Part shown: positions 1-12,774 of the stretch, piece after piece
Layout of the letters: each line of letters opens with the position of its first letter
Position numbering within the stretch: position 1 is the stretch's first letter
Origin: Eledone cirrhosa
Lineage: Eukaryota
Assembly: GCA_964016885.1 (NCBI GenBank)
Contig: OZ024741.1
Span: 29,140,001 to 29,204,000, forward strand
Direction: 5' to 3'
Length of the DNA stretch: 64,000 nt
The notes under the pieces: generated by a model
The model's input: only the letters and a program-made list of their open reading frames with translations
Database searches by the model: none
What the model was told of the DNA's origin: nothing
Made by a program: the position numbers and the translations under genes

Positions 1-269
1 TCTGTTTGGCAATTAGAATACATTATCTAATCCAGAATTTACCAGTATTCCTATCCTTGACTGTGATTGTGACTGGGATATCCTTTTTGCATTTTCTATG
101 TATTTCTTAAAGAAGGTGGCGCCTGTGGTGACGTGTAATTTGACACATGTGTAATGACTAGATCGTGTTACTGCATTCTCTCTTGTTAATATAATGCAAA
201 GTTTACAAATCCATTCCACACCACACGTTTCAAAATGGACAGATACACCTAGCTTTTCATCAAGCGAGG

Positions 270-1815
270 CTCCGAGATAATGCGGTATTATGCGGCATTT
301 CACACAGATAGTTGATTTATTGAGGAATGTTATAAGCTTGCACAGCAGAAATATGAAACATCTTAAACACGTTTAAGGCTTCAAATAACTGCCTGGAAGC
401 TGGAGAGAACATTTTAATATGTGACCTCTTACAGGAAATTTCCTTCAAGAACAAGGTTACAGTCCTATACATAAAGAAGGTCAAGTAGCAGTGCAATATA
501 TGTTTTCTTTTTGATGCAGCAGAGATTTGTGAGATTGTTAAAGGGCCTCCCTGTTGTTCGATAACGTAGATGCCAACGCCAGTGTTGGTGAATACTTTCA
601 ACAAAACACCTGTACAGAAGATGGTTGACAAAGTGAGAGCGAACAGATCACAGGGATTCTGGCTGTTCCCAACCAAGAAAGGTTCTAGGAACTCACCATT
701 GACGCAAACCCATGCCGTCATGTCGGTATGCAACCAGCATATAAGCCATGTAAAATTTATCAGGGCATCCCAACTTCAAGAGAGTTTGACTGTTGACTGT
801 GTGAAAGGCCTTCGTGAGATCTATGTGAAAGGGTTTTCGAAGCTGTTGCTCAGTACACTTTTATTGTATCTGCCACGCAGTGAAGATCATATCTGCAGTT
901 CCCAGATATGGACGGAAACCACACTGAGATTCCAACAGAATGTTAGGTGCAACGTGCATAAGCAGACGATTAAGAAGACTCCTGGCAAAGATTTTACCAT
1001 CAACTTGTAAATAAATTCCATAAAGTCATTGTCCCAAACATCTTTGGGTCCCTTCTTGAAAAGTGAGACATAAATAGCATCCGTCCAGTTCCGTGTGACT
1101 GCATCTTTCAACCACATCTGGTGGTATATGTCATACAAGAGATCACATACTTTAGGACCACCTTATTGCTCTATTTTAGTCACTATACTAACTTTCCCAG
1201 CTGCTTTACCAGTGTTCATTTATCTCATTACAATCTTAAATTCGTCCAATGTGGGAAGATCAACAAACTTGTTAACAACGGAGGCCTGCTCTTTGGCTTC
1301 AGTCATGTCGGGATTAACGAGGGTTGTGTGGCTTATGGTGTCGTTAAAATGTTCGCGCCATCCTAACCCGATTTCACCATGCTTACGCAACACTTCCTTT
1401 CTATTCTTTGACCACAGTAGGGCATATACTGTACGTAGTTCGTGACTTAGTATATCGTCTTTCTGCTGAGGCTTCGATGTAATGTGCTTTATCGCGCCAC
1501 TATGAGTCGTTTACTGTTAGAAATTGGTGTTACAGCCGCACTTAAATTATTTAAAAACCTTCCCCAGCTGATATATCTTTGCACTTTATTTCGAACATGA
1601 CAGTGAAGTCACATTCAACGCGAGTATTTAAATCACTCAACACTACAAGTTTGTCGTCCGTATTTACATTTTTCAAGATTATTCGCAAATCCGCGTGAAG
1701 TGGATCTGCGAATAATTGAAATAAAGTGAAGCAGCATCCTGTCAGAAGCCGATTGGAGATAGAATGGATGCTGCACCACGGAGGTTCTTAGAGCAGAGTC
1801 GGCCGACTTCAGCTT
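270..1815 (-). pseudogene. Decayed RTE-clade LINE ORF (APE endonuclease + reverse transcriptase), many stops and frameshifts
   Basis: Minus-strand translation gives DDKLVVLSDLNTRV (~1620-1665; APE GDFNAR motif), DAIYVSLFKKG (RT domain 1 region), IDLTKAF (~800-830), HTDMTAWVCVNGEFLEPF (RT 3-4) and HYLG (~275; RT 7), in the expected order. Confidence 0.8.
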
Positions 1816-1819
1816 CACG

Positions 1820-2330
1820 ACACTTTAAAGCTTCCGATGCTTTTGGTAAGCTGGAGAAGCGCCTGTGATTAGAGTCAGATATGATTGTGCACACTAAAGT
1901 TATGTGTATCAAGCATGTATGCTTACAGCGTTACTGTGTGGATGTGAGCCGTGGACACCATACTGTAGGCATATTCAGCGTCTCCAACGTTTCCTCCAAC
2001 AATGCTGGCATTCCATGTTCAAGACCTCATGGAGGTCTCATACACCAGGCACTGATGTACCACAGCGCACCCGTCTGCCAAGCATGCGAGATCATGATCA
2101 TGAAACAGCATCTCCTGTGGTCAAGTCATAGAGTACGCTTAAAGGTCAACATCTCCCCCCCCCCCCCCACACACACACCAAACAGGTATTGTATGCTGAG
2201 CTGTTGCAGTCCAAACCACAGAAGCGCTATAAAGGTTGCCTGAAATATACTCCGAAGAAAGTCAATATCACAGCGAGACATGGGAAAATCTTGCATCTCA
2301 AAGTCCACGGGTGAAATCTGATTGTTACCG
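1820..2330 (+). pseudogene. C-terminal (post-RT) part of the same RTE LINE, in the opposite orientation
   Basis: KASDAFGKLEKRL..HTKVM / YQACMLTALLCGCEPWTPYCRHIQRLQRF / IMKQHLLWSSH match the RTE post-RT consensus (KASxAFGRL..TKxxVYxAxVLxxLLYGxETW..QLRWxGH). Confidence 0.75.
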
Positions 2331-2749
2331 TGTTAGGGAATTATAAAGAAGATAAGGGTGTATGCTGATGTGAAGCGAGAAGCTAAATATTTTTGGGATG
2401 TTATTCCCTTCTCAAAACAGGGTCTGAAATAGACTCTTATCTGAGGTATACGGACGTGTATGCATGTCATAAGCTGGGCTACTAATCCATAGCAGACGTC
2501 ATACTCATGGAAGTAATACTTTTAAGTACCCATGCACCTTGATTTTGCATATGGCGTCTGTACCAAAGTGTGTCACTATGCAAGTGAGCCATAGAACCAC
2601 AATGCATGCACACCTAAGCAAGTGTGAAACTTACCTGCAGGCAGTATGGTAAGTTACTTCCTGGTTTGATCAGCCATCTAAGGTGACATCATTGACAACA
2701 TCAATAATAGGTTTTTGCCAGTGTTTTATTTTCCCTTATTTTTTTTTTG

Positions 2750-3471
2750 TCTAGGAAGTTGCCGTACTCGGACACGAGTTGGTTTCCACAATATATGTAT
2801 ACTTACTCTATTGTGAAGGCGCTTGGCTTAGTGGTACGGATATTGGGCTTGCAATCAGGAGGTTGTGAGTTTGTTTCGCAGATCGGGTGATGCATTGTGT
2901 CCTTGAGCAAGACACTTTATTTCACGTTGATCCAGTTTACTCAGCTGTAGAAATGATTGCAATATCACTGGTGCCAAGCTGTATGGGCCATTGCCTTTTC
3001 CTTAGACAACATCGGTGACGTGGAGCGCAGAGACTGGTATACATGGGCGACTGCTGGTATTCCACAAACAACCTTGCCTGGACTTGTGCCTCGGGTGTGA
3101 ACATTCTAGGCGCAAAACCATGGCCATTTGTGACCGAAGAGGGTCTTACTCTACCCTTTTAGTTACTCTATTATAACAAGTATTAACAACATTGGAGATA
3201 TTAACAAATTTAACCGGTTCAGTAAAATTTCGTAATTTTCGTCTGGTTGTCGGAAGGTGTGAAAATATGAAAGTTTTGGATGAAAAGGCTTTGACATGAT
3301 AGTAAATTGAATAGATTAAAAGGTGGAGACAGGAATTAGATGAGGCGGTGATCAGTGAATAAGAGATGTTGTAAGCTAGGTATAGGTTGTATGGGATGAT
3401 GGTCGACAGAGCGGTAGTTGGTGTGACAAGTGATGTTAGGTATGAATTAATTAGAAAGAAAGAGGAAGAGA

Positions 3472-3543
<72 letters not shown>

Positions 3544-3800
3544 AAAGAGAAAGAGAGAAAAAGAGATAGAAGTAGAAGGAGGGAAGAGAGAAAGAATTGT
3601 TTGGTGTGATAATTGGAGAGAGAATAGGCTGACAAGGTTGTGTGAGTTAATTTAGGCAAGAATGTATCCATGCACAGATTTGAATTGTAAATGTAAGCTG
3701 ACTGGTAGTAGGTCCTGGGAGAAATATGTAAACCGTCAAAATTGAGCGGGTTGTGTCGGCAGTTTTTAACCTAAATAGAAATCTCTCCATTATGCCCTCT
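2750..3800 (-). mobile_element. 3' remnant of a Penelope-like element, interrupted by a SINE and a (GA)n tract
   Basis: Minus strand reads IMERFLFRLKT at ~3760-3795, resembling a GIY-YIG C-terminus. It starts at a (TA)n tract and ends in a tail with ACTCGTGTCCGAGTAC, as seen in other PLE tails here. Confidence 0.4.
2813..3162 (+). mobile_element. tRNA-derived SINE with CORE-like domain and 10-bp target-site duplication
   Basis: Box A-like TGGCTTAGTGG, degenerate box B, CORE-like TGTGTCCTTGAGCAAGACACTT, and TTACTCTATT directly repeated at 2803-2812 and 3163-3172. Confidence 0.85.
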
Positions 3801-3811
3801 CTCTATATATA

Positions 3812-3860
<49 letters not shown>

Positions 3861-3864
<4 letters not shown>

Positions 3865-4102
3865 AAATAGTAGAAAGGAAAAAGATTCTATCAGTAGAAA
3901 ATGTTGAAGAGATATTTTTCAGTGAGGTATAAAAACATTAATTTATTGACAATGCATTTAATGGTGAAACCGGTATGGTAAATAAATTAATGTTTTGGTA
4001 TCTCACTGAAATAAATCTCTTCAACATTTTCTACTGAAAGAATCTTTTTTCTTTCTACTATTTGTTTTTATATATATCAACTCGTGTGTTACTTTTCTAC
4101 AT

Positions 4103-4105
<3 letters not shown>
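3861..4105 (+). mobile_element. Fold-back (hairpin + tail) PLE-end module in (TA)n
   Basis: ~87-bp imperfect inverted arms (3861-3947 / 3982-4068), GAAACCGGTA in the spacer, unpaired tail with ACTCGTGT, (TA)n on both sides. Confidence 0.65.
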
Positions 4106-4137
<32 letters not shown>

Positions 4138-4892
4138 TTAAGGATATATACTATTTATTTACACACACTTCCGGAAAATAATACGATGTCAATTTTCGCA
4201 ACAAAAACAACCTGCTCTATAGAATTGATTTAGAGAACAACAAGCGATAGTGTTATAACATGGTTCTTCAAGCATCCATTGTTGAATCATCGTGGATTGT
4301 GTAAGGGACATATAATCTATAAATTGCGTTTCCTGGATTGTGAAAATGGTGGTGTATGCGAGGACCGTTGCGTTGTTTTGCTTCTCACTTTTAATACTTT
4401 TAATATTTTTGATATCTCTCTACACACATGCTTCTATATATATTTAAAAAAATACTTTACCAATACAACCCCCATAATACTCTTGATTGCCTGCTTAAAC
4501 TGCTTGTATTACATGTAACACCCTGCCGCACTATAATCTTATATAAATAAGACACACGTGCATGCCCCACGTGTAACTATTGTATACACTAACTACTTCA
4601 AACTATCCTCTTGCTTTATCTTCGTAAACTGCCAATATTGTATTTTAACTTTAATTTTGTCCTTTAATATGTCTTTAATCTTTGTATGTATATTGCCATG
4701 CTATATTATTATAATGGATGTCAACACACTGTGCATCAATATATACATATGTTTCTATATGTCTCTTGTGTTGGAAAGGAGGTCAAGGATGTAAAAAATC
4801 ATTGAAAAATTGCTCCGAAGACTCCAAGTTTGGAAGGTTTGGAAGAAACAATTGTACGGAAATAAATGATTTAAACAGAACTTTGATTCATG

Positions 4893-5214
<322 letters not shown>

Positions 5215-5372
5215 ATATATATATGTATACTTCTGTTTGTAAGAGTCTGAAATGATCTTGTTGATATGATAGCAGATTACATTGTATTTCATCACTTAAC
5301 TCTACAACAAAGATGCCTTCCATTTTTTCAAAACATTTACTCCATGGACAAATCAATTTCTTCTTTGTTGAT

Positions 5373-5557
5373 AATAATTGTTTCTGCTTTTGGCACAAGG
5401 CCAGCAATTACCCAGTGCATTACTGGTACTTTATTTTATCGACCCCCGTAAGGATGAAAGGCAAAGTTAACCTCAGCGGGATTTGAACTCAGAATGGCAA
5501 GGGCCGTAACTCCATGCGTCAAAGCATGGTGTCCGACCATCTACCGATACTGCCAAA
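5373..5557 (-). mobile_element. tRNA-derived SINE with Meta-like domain
   Basis: Reverse complement has box B GAGTTCAAATCCC followed by GCCTTTCATCCTTACGGGGGTCGATAAAATAAAGTACCAG. About ten copies occur in the window. Confidence 0.85.
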
Positions 5558-5564
5558 TGTCCTG

Positions 5565-5742
5565 AATGGTAAGAAACTCTCAGGAGAGCTGGACAGCAGA
5601 AGTTCCTCAGAGAAGAAACTCTCAGGAGAGCTGGACAGCAGAAAGTCCTTAGAGAAGAAACTCTCAGGAGAGCTGGACAGCAGAAGTCCTCAATGGTAAG
5701 AAACTCCCAGGAGAGCTGGACAGCAGAAGGTCCTCAGAGAAG
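5565..5742. repeat. ~42-bp minisatellite, about 4 units
   Basis: AAGAAACTCTCAGGAGAGCTGGACAGCAGAAG..CCTCA is tandemly repeated. Confidence 0.9.
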
Positions 5743-6077
5743 ACCCCCCACCTCAAGCCAGTGTTTCGACCCTTAACTTAAACACACACACGACAGACCA
5801 GACAGACACACACACACGCACACATACACATACACACACATCTATATAACACACACACATCTATATAACACACACACACATATATATATGTGTGATACAC
5901 AGCTGGATATTCTGTTCATATATATTATTATTTAGTATAATCTTTAGAATGTTGGTAAATATGTCCCGTGGTTTCTGTTCCGCCATTTTGAGTTCTGGCT
6001 TCAAATCCCACCGAAGAGATAATGTACCTTGCTCTTCAAATTGCTGACCTTGTGCTTAAATTAGATAATGTTATCAT

Positions 6078-6262
6078 GGTGGATTGGCAGTATTGGTAGA
6101 GTCGGACACCATGCTTTGCAGCATAGAGTCACGGTCCTTTACGGTCTGAGTTCAAATCCCGCCGAGGTTAACTTTGCCTTACATCCTTACGAGTCGATAA
6201 AATAAAGTACCAGTAATGTACTTGTAATTACTGGCCTTGTGCCAAAAGTAGAAACAATTATT
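6078..6262 (+). mobile_element. tRNA-derived SINE with Meta-like domain
   Basis: TGGCAGTATTGG (box A), GAGTTCAAATCCC (box B), Meta-like core and a GCCTTGTGCCAAAAGTAGAAACAATTATT end. Confidence 0.85.
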
Positions 6263-6715
6263 TACAATATTAGTAATATTATTTCAACTGTCTGTTGTTT
6301 ATACTCCAAACAACCAAATGATCTAAGGCTACCGTGACACAGCAATTATGTTTGTATAGCTACCACTACATTGTCCAATGTATCACTTCTCATTAAAGAG
6401 AGTATAGTGTGGTTTGAGGGATATTCGGCTGATGTTTCTAGCAGGTCAAGCGACAGCACTGAGGTCACCGTTTGACTCCACTATTTAAAGTAAAATTCTC
6501 TCAAATTTGAAAATCGTTTATTTTATGGTAACTAACAATATATTCTCACACTTTCCATGAACTGGCACCCTGATACTCCATGAATATATAGTGCTTTGAG
6601 TCACAGGTTTATACAAATGTCAATTTCTTCAGTCGCATACACATACATAGATGCATACACTCACACATACGTACACACACGCACATACATACAAGTAAAG
6701 AGAGCGAGAGAGCGC

Positions 6716-6746
<31 letters not shown>

Positions 6747-7094
6747 AGAGAGATGGATAAATATATAGGAATATAGGTAGATAGATAGGTAGTTAGATAT
6801 ATAGTTCGATAGATAGATAGCTAGACAAATAAATACCCCGTTAGATAGATAAATAGATAGATAGATATATTTCTTTATTTGCCACTAGGGCACAAGAGAA
6901 AGGGACAAATACACAGGGGGGAGTTTACATAAATGCGAGTAAAGAAAAATGCATAACAATAAGAATAATAATAAAAAGTCCTCAAAAGGGAGGGGGCGTG
7001 TTGGGGATTGCACATACCCCCGAAAAGTGTGCAACCCTTTTCGCGGGGGAAGCCCAGAGAGGAGGCGCTCCCCCTTTCCTCTTCACTTCTTCAC

Positions 7095-10000
7095 CTACAG
7101 AACAATGTAGAGAGAAGGCCCATTTACACGAGCCATTCTCGCTTCTTTCACCCACCTTTCATAAAACTGTCTGGGGCCAAGCACTTCTCTCTCCATCCTG
7201 ATCCTTCTTCCAAAGTGGTATCGGAAGAAGGAAACCAGGTGTTGGCCGGAGAGAAAGTCACCCGACCTCAGACCTTTCAGGCGCGTGTCCACCACACAAC
7301 CTCTTTCATCATGGCTATTACGCACAGAAAGACCGCCTCTGCTTCCTTTCTGAAGGGAGGAGGCGGCTTGATGTTCACCACAGACTCGGCGGTCAATCGA
7401 ATCGGCGCTACACGCGACAGCAGTCGTTCGACGTTGCCCCACAGATCGGCAACGCCTGGGCAGTGTACCAGTGCGTGCGCAACGGTTTCCTCGTCGCGCA
7501 CGCATCTGGGACAGATTTTTTTCGCGGGATCCCTGCCCGGGCGCCCGTGTCTGTAGAGCTTTTCTCGAACGGGCAGATACCCCGGTAGCACTGCCAGGCT
7601 AGGGACCTCTGGAAGTTGTCCATGGGTCCCGGGCCGAAAGTTCTACCGAACAGGCTGGCCAGTTCGTCCTCCTCCATGCCTAGCGACTCTCCAAGGGTGT
7701 CGTCGCCCCTGCTAGCCACCAGCCCTCTATAGAATGTCTAGGTGGATTCTCCACTGATAGTCGGGTCCGCTTGCCAGAGAGCCGTGAGCGCCTGGGCACA
7801 CTCGGTGTGCCAGTTGCCCAGTTTTCTCGGTCTTTGCTTCACCCAGGATTGCAGCTCGGTAAGCAAGACGAGCTGTGGAAAGGCTCGCCTCACAAACGGG
7901 GCCCACACCGGTTGACCGGTGAGGAATACCTGTAGATGCCGGAGCCTCAATGCGTGCCTACGCATCAACAGCCACGGCATACCCAGCCCTCCTTTCGAAG
8001 GGTGCTGGCAGCAGATGGATCTCCTCACCATGGGAGGCCGCTTCTTCCAGAAGAACTGGAAGAGCATGCGCTCCATGATGGTGAGCGTTTCCTTGGCGGA
8101 AGGCACGACGGTCAGGCGGTAGTAGATGACGGACGCTATGTAAGCGTTCGTCACCTCCGCCCGACCTTTCAGTGATAGTTTGCACTTGGCCCACTTCTGG
8201 GTCAGCGCAAACACCCTGCTCGTCACCTCGCCCCAATTCTTCTCCACCTGGAGGTCCAGTCCGAACCAGACCCCGAGCAGCTTCACCGGGCCCTCCGTCC
8301 ACCGCCCGACGACACCGGCTAACGGCATCGGTTTGCCCCTCCACGTTCCGAGTTGCAAACCGACTGACTTGTCCCGGTTCAGCCTAGCTCCCGTCAGCCT
8401 TTCGTATTCCTCCAGTAGGGTGGCGATCGCCCCGATTTCCGAGGCGTCCGCCACCATTACTGTTACGTCGTCGGCATAGGCCGAGACCGCTTTGTGCAAT
8501 CCCGGTTCCAGGGGTATGCCCCGCAGCAACTCCAACTTCCGCAGCAGTGGCTCGAGAGTCAATACGTACAGAAGGGAGGAGAGGGGGCACCCCTGTCTGA
8601 TGGACCGGGTGATTTGAAACGGCTCCGAGAGGTAGCCGTTTACTTTACTCCTAGAGCAGACGTTGCCACTGTGCATGGCAGAAATCCAGCCCCTGAAAAC
8701 GGGTCCGAAGCCTGCCGCCGCTAGCACCGCATCCAGGTAACCATGGTCGAACCTATCGAACGCCTTAGATTGATCCAAGTTGATCAGGGCCCCACCAAAG
8801 CCGGGTTCGTTCCCAACCCTCTCTACGATGTATCGCATGAGGTGGAGGTTGTCGTGAATGGACCTGGACGGGATAGCGCATGTCTGCGCGTCTCCCACCA
8901 AACCACCCACCACAAGCGCCAACCTCTTCGCCAACACCTTGGCCAAAATCTGTAACTCTGCATTCAGCAGAGTTATGGGCCTAAAGTTACTTAAGTCATC
9001 CCCCTTGCTCTCGTCCTTCTTCACTAACGTGACTACGCCCTTGGTCACAGAACAGGGAATTCTCCCGTTCTGTTGCCAGTTGCAATAGACAGCCTCGAGG
9101 AGTTCGGAGAACAAGACCGGCATAGCTAAATAAAGTTCGTATGGTAGACCATCGAGACCCGGAGATTTGCGTCTGCTGCATTGGCTGAGCGCTTCCCCGA
9201 TCTCAGTGGCTGTGATTGGCCTTTCGCAGCACCCCGCTTCGCCGCTCGAAAGACGCGGTAGACCATCGAGGTATGGACCGAAGTCCACATCCCCGTCCGG
9301 CCCCCCGCCTCCTCCGAACAGTCGAGCAAAGTGCCTTTGAAAGGCCTCGCACATCCGCTCAGGTTCAAGGATCACCCGTCCATCCTGGTCTCGCAAAGAC
9401 CGAATGGTGGATTTAATCCCACTCTTGGCTTCTGTCACGCGGGCTCAGCTAACAGCTTTGGTCCCCTCGTTTCCTAAAGCACGTATTTTACTTCGGACAA
9501 CGCAGCCTTCGTGCTTCGCGTCAAAGAACTGGCTCAACGCCGTTCTCGACGCTAACACTCTGGCCACGTCTCCGCTCCTAATCGCCTCTTCTAGTTTATC
9601 TGTTAACTCCCTTTCCCTCCTATTTCTATTCGCCGCTAGTTCCTTACTGTAACCTATCGAACTTACTCTAATCTCTCTCTTTAGAGATACCCACCACCTG
9701 CTGTTGACGATCGCTCCCGTCAACCGCATCTTAACTAAGCTACTAATCCGGTTCCTGTAAGCTTCCTTTGCCGGCAAGGACAAGTTCATCTTCCAGTAAC
9801 CGGGACCCTGTCTATGCGTTCTATCAAGGTTGACCACGCAGGTCACTCATTTGTGATCTGAATAGCCAACCATGAGCAATTCTGGACAACTAAATACGTC
9901 CCTATCCTTACTCCTAACCAAAAACCTATCTAGGTACGATCTAGATTGACCACTGCGATTTGCCCAGGTCCAGGTTGGCACAGTTGGAAAATCTAGTCGA

Positions 10001-10524
10001 AATCTATCGACCAGGTCGAATCGATCGAGTAACCCCTTGAGGCTGCTACACCCACCTCTATCGGGACATGCCCCTGCATAGTCCCAACGCGCATCTAGGA
10101 TTCCATTCCAGTCCCCCACTAAAAGCAGGGAACGCGACGTTCCTAGAAAAGTCTCCAGACGCTGGAAGAAGTCGGCTCTTTCAGCCCCGGAGGGGGCATA
10201 AATACCGACCAGTCTGAAAGCCCCACCTTCACCACCTCCGACGTCCAGCACTAGTAATCGACCCCACGGGTCCGAGTGAACAATCTGTACGTCGAGAGCC
10301 AGACGTTTATCCAGCAGTACGGCAACCCCACCCCCGCCTCCGGGTTGACAGAGAGATGCGTGCATCTCAAAGTCATCGAAAGCGGGAGCCAGCTGTCGCA
10401 CGCTGCTGATCCGACTCTCGGAAACAACCATCACATCTATACTTCGTGACCTGAGGTCACTTAGAAGCTTTGCTTGCTTCCAAGCTGAGCCCAGGCCACG
10501 CGCATTCAAACAGCCAACTCTCAA
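7095..10524 (-). pseudogene. Tx1-like ORF2 (APE endonuclease, RT, zinc-binding C-terminus) with 3 in-frame stops and 2 frameshifts
   Basis: CLNARGL, GDWN, YLDRF, SDHK (APE); KSPGLDGLP, NFRPITLLN, LDQSKAFD, RQGCPLS, YADD, KLLG (RT); CPRC..ETVAHALVHC. One frame runs 10524 to ~7585 across TGA 9847, TGA 9445 and TAG 7738. Frameshifts lie near 7585 and 7280. Confidence 0.92.
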
Positions 10525-10529
10525 TTGAT

Positions 10530-12550
10530 CTATTTTGGTGTTGAAAGTGAAGAAAGAAAAGCACCTACCTCTCCGGGTTGTGTAATTTCCATGGCGTCGG
10601 GTGTGTTGGGTGGAGGGATGTTTTGTGGTGGTGTGGGGGTATCCGAGTGTGGTGGTGTTGGGGTATTTGGAGTTGTGTCAGGGAGAGGGGAGGTTATGGG
10701 GAAATCTTTCAAGAGGACGCGATTTAACGGTTTTAAACAGGGGGCTCACGTCCTGTTTAAATTGTTCTTTTAAGGAACGATAAAGGTCCAGAGGGACCTT
10801 TATCATTTTTAAATGGGTGAAGTTCTCTGTTGAGATAAAGTTTGGCCCTTCGGTCTGCACCAAAGGGCTATTGTTTATTAATTTAAACAGTTTTTTGTTT
10901 TCTTTATTTATATATGTGTATTGCAAAGTCTTTTTTTGTGATGCTGTCAATGTTTCGAAGGGGGGAGGCGCAGATTTATTTTTGTTTGTCGAGGGTGGGG
11001 TGTTTTTGATTGGAGTTGGTGTTTGTGTGTGGGTTATTTGTGGTGTGCTGGGTGTGTGCTTTCGTTTTTTTCTTTTAACTTGTCTGCAGGCTTCTCCTCC
11101 TTCTTCTTCAGAAGTTGGGGGAAACTCTTCAGCGCTAGGTGGGAGGGACGTGGTGTCTGGTTGTTTTTTTTTTGCGGGAGGGGTAGATTTGTTGCTGTTT
11201 TTTTAATTATTTGTTTGGAATGCGTTTTGTGGTGGTGGTGGTGATGTTTGTGTCGTGCTTGTGGTTGGTGATGGTGATGGTGATGTTTGTGTTGTGGTTG
11301 GTGATGGTGGTGGTGATTTTTGTGTCGTGCTTGTGTTTGGTGCTGGTGGTGGTGATGTTTGTGTTGTGCCTGTGGTTGGTGGTGTCTGTATTTTGTTTGC
11401 TGTGTGTGGTATTAGTGTATTTTTGGAGGTGGGTGGTGTTGGTGTACTGTTTGTGGTGGGTGTGGGCAATAGTCCTTTTTGGGGGATACGATTCGGGCAG
11501 TTAGCCTTAACGTGTCCCCTTTCCGTGCATGAATAGCATGCTGGTCTTCTCCCCTCTACAATTATATATATTGGGGTGAGGTCATCCAGCCAGATGCGAT
11601 CCGGGATTTGCGCTATTCTTTCGGGCCTCATTTGGACTAGTAGGTCGAGGCCCATTCCCAGGAAAGCATCTCCAGATGCCTTCCCCATTGACAGCACTGT
11701 GTCCTCGCCCATGTCTATCAAGCCAGCAATAGCCCACCAGAAGTCCATTGTGGGCAATATTGTCTGTATTTTGACTCTCTGTGTTCTTCTACCCATGTAG
11801 GAGGGATAGAAGCTGTATGCTGTTGATGAGAGTGGGCTTAGGGAAAGCCTCTGAGCTGTTTCCCTGTCTTTTGTTAAGACCGAAATGCTGCCATAGAGTC
11901 GGTCCTTTCGTATGAAGAGAATATTCTTCATATAGTCTTTTAGGACCAACTCTATCTCCATTTGGCTGGGCTGTGCTGGCTTTCTCGTTTGGTTTAGGAT
12001 TGTTCTAAACAGAACAGTGCTTTCTATTCTCGTTTTCTTGAATTCTGGGGAGGAATTAATGGAAAACATTCCGTTCTCCTCCAAACTATGTGTTTTTTTG
12101 CTTCTGCCAGTTTCTCTCTGGCGGCAGTTAAGTCAATAGGTGTATATATTATAGATTTTTTTGTTGTCTGTGCGAAAGTTGTTTTCGTTGTGTTTGTGTT
12201 ATTTATGTTGGTGTATTCGTTCACATTTTTTTTTCTTTGGGGTTAGACTCCATTTTTTCAAAATCTTCACTTATATTTTCATTATCCGAGAGACTCGTAG
12301 TTACAGCTACTACTTCTCTTTCACCTTTGCTGGTGGGCGTGGCGCCGTGAAAAGTCGAAACGTCATCCATTAATTTTGGCAATTTCTCCGAATTAATTTT
12401 TTCACATTTTTTCATTAGGGTTAGGTTCCCTTTTTTCAATGTTTCTAATAATCATTATTCTTTCAGTACGTGGCTTGTTGCCTCAGCTACCCGCCCTCCT
12501 TCAGTTTGTTTAGTGGGCGTGACATCGTTACCTGTGGTAATGGCTTCCAT
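10530..12550 (-). pseudogene. Tx1-like ORF1 (gag-like, single CCHC zinc knuckle, long Pro/Thr-rich C-terminal half), broken by frameshifts mostly at homopolymer runs
   Basis: EGRRPACYSCTERGHVKANCP in ORF 11203-12084. Adjacent short ORFs chain together, several across poly-A/T runs (12225, 12093, 11200). Internal TTQTSPPP repeats at 11230-11380. Confidence 0.8.
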
Positions 12551-12774
12551 TACCACTAGCGTAGAGACAATTGCAAGATTTTTAGGATGAAAAATTTCAC
12601 CCCAAAAGGGGTGAAATAAATTAACCCTAATGTCCGAAGACCCAGGCAAGGGGGTTAATTAACACAATAACGCAAGAATACAGACAAACACTTACTGTTA
12701 ACACGTAATATCTCCAATATTCGCGGAGCCGATGTGAAGCACGTCTATGCCATCCGGAGATAGATAGATAGATA

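Larger units (their letters stand above)
6868..12758 (-). mobile_element. Near full-length Tx1/L1-clade non-LTR retrotransposon inserted in (GATA)n
   Basis: 5'UTR, ORF1 with CCHC knuckle, ORF2 with APE + RT + C-terminal Cys/His motif, and a 3'UTR ending AATAAAGAAATA. Both ends abut GATA repeats. Confidence 0.93.

Noticed and set aside
6078-6165. tRNA genes at box A/B motifs
   Set aside because: No full cloverleaf, and each continues into a SINE body.
9445-9849. Selenocysteine or programmed readthrough at two in-frame TGA codons in Tx1-like ORF2
   Set aside because: The same ORF also has a TAG (GCA in the sister copy) and two frameshifts, so ordinary decay or sequence error is simpler.
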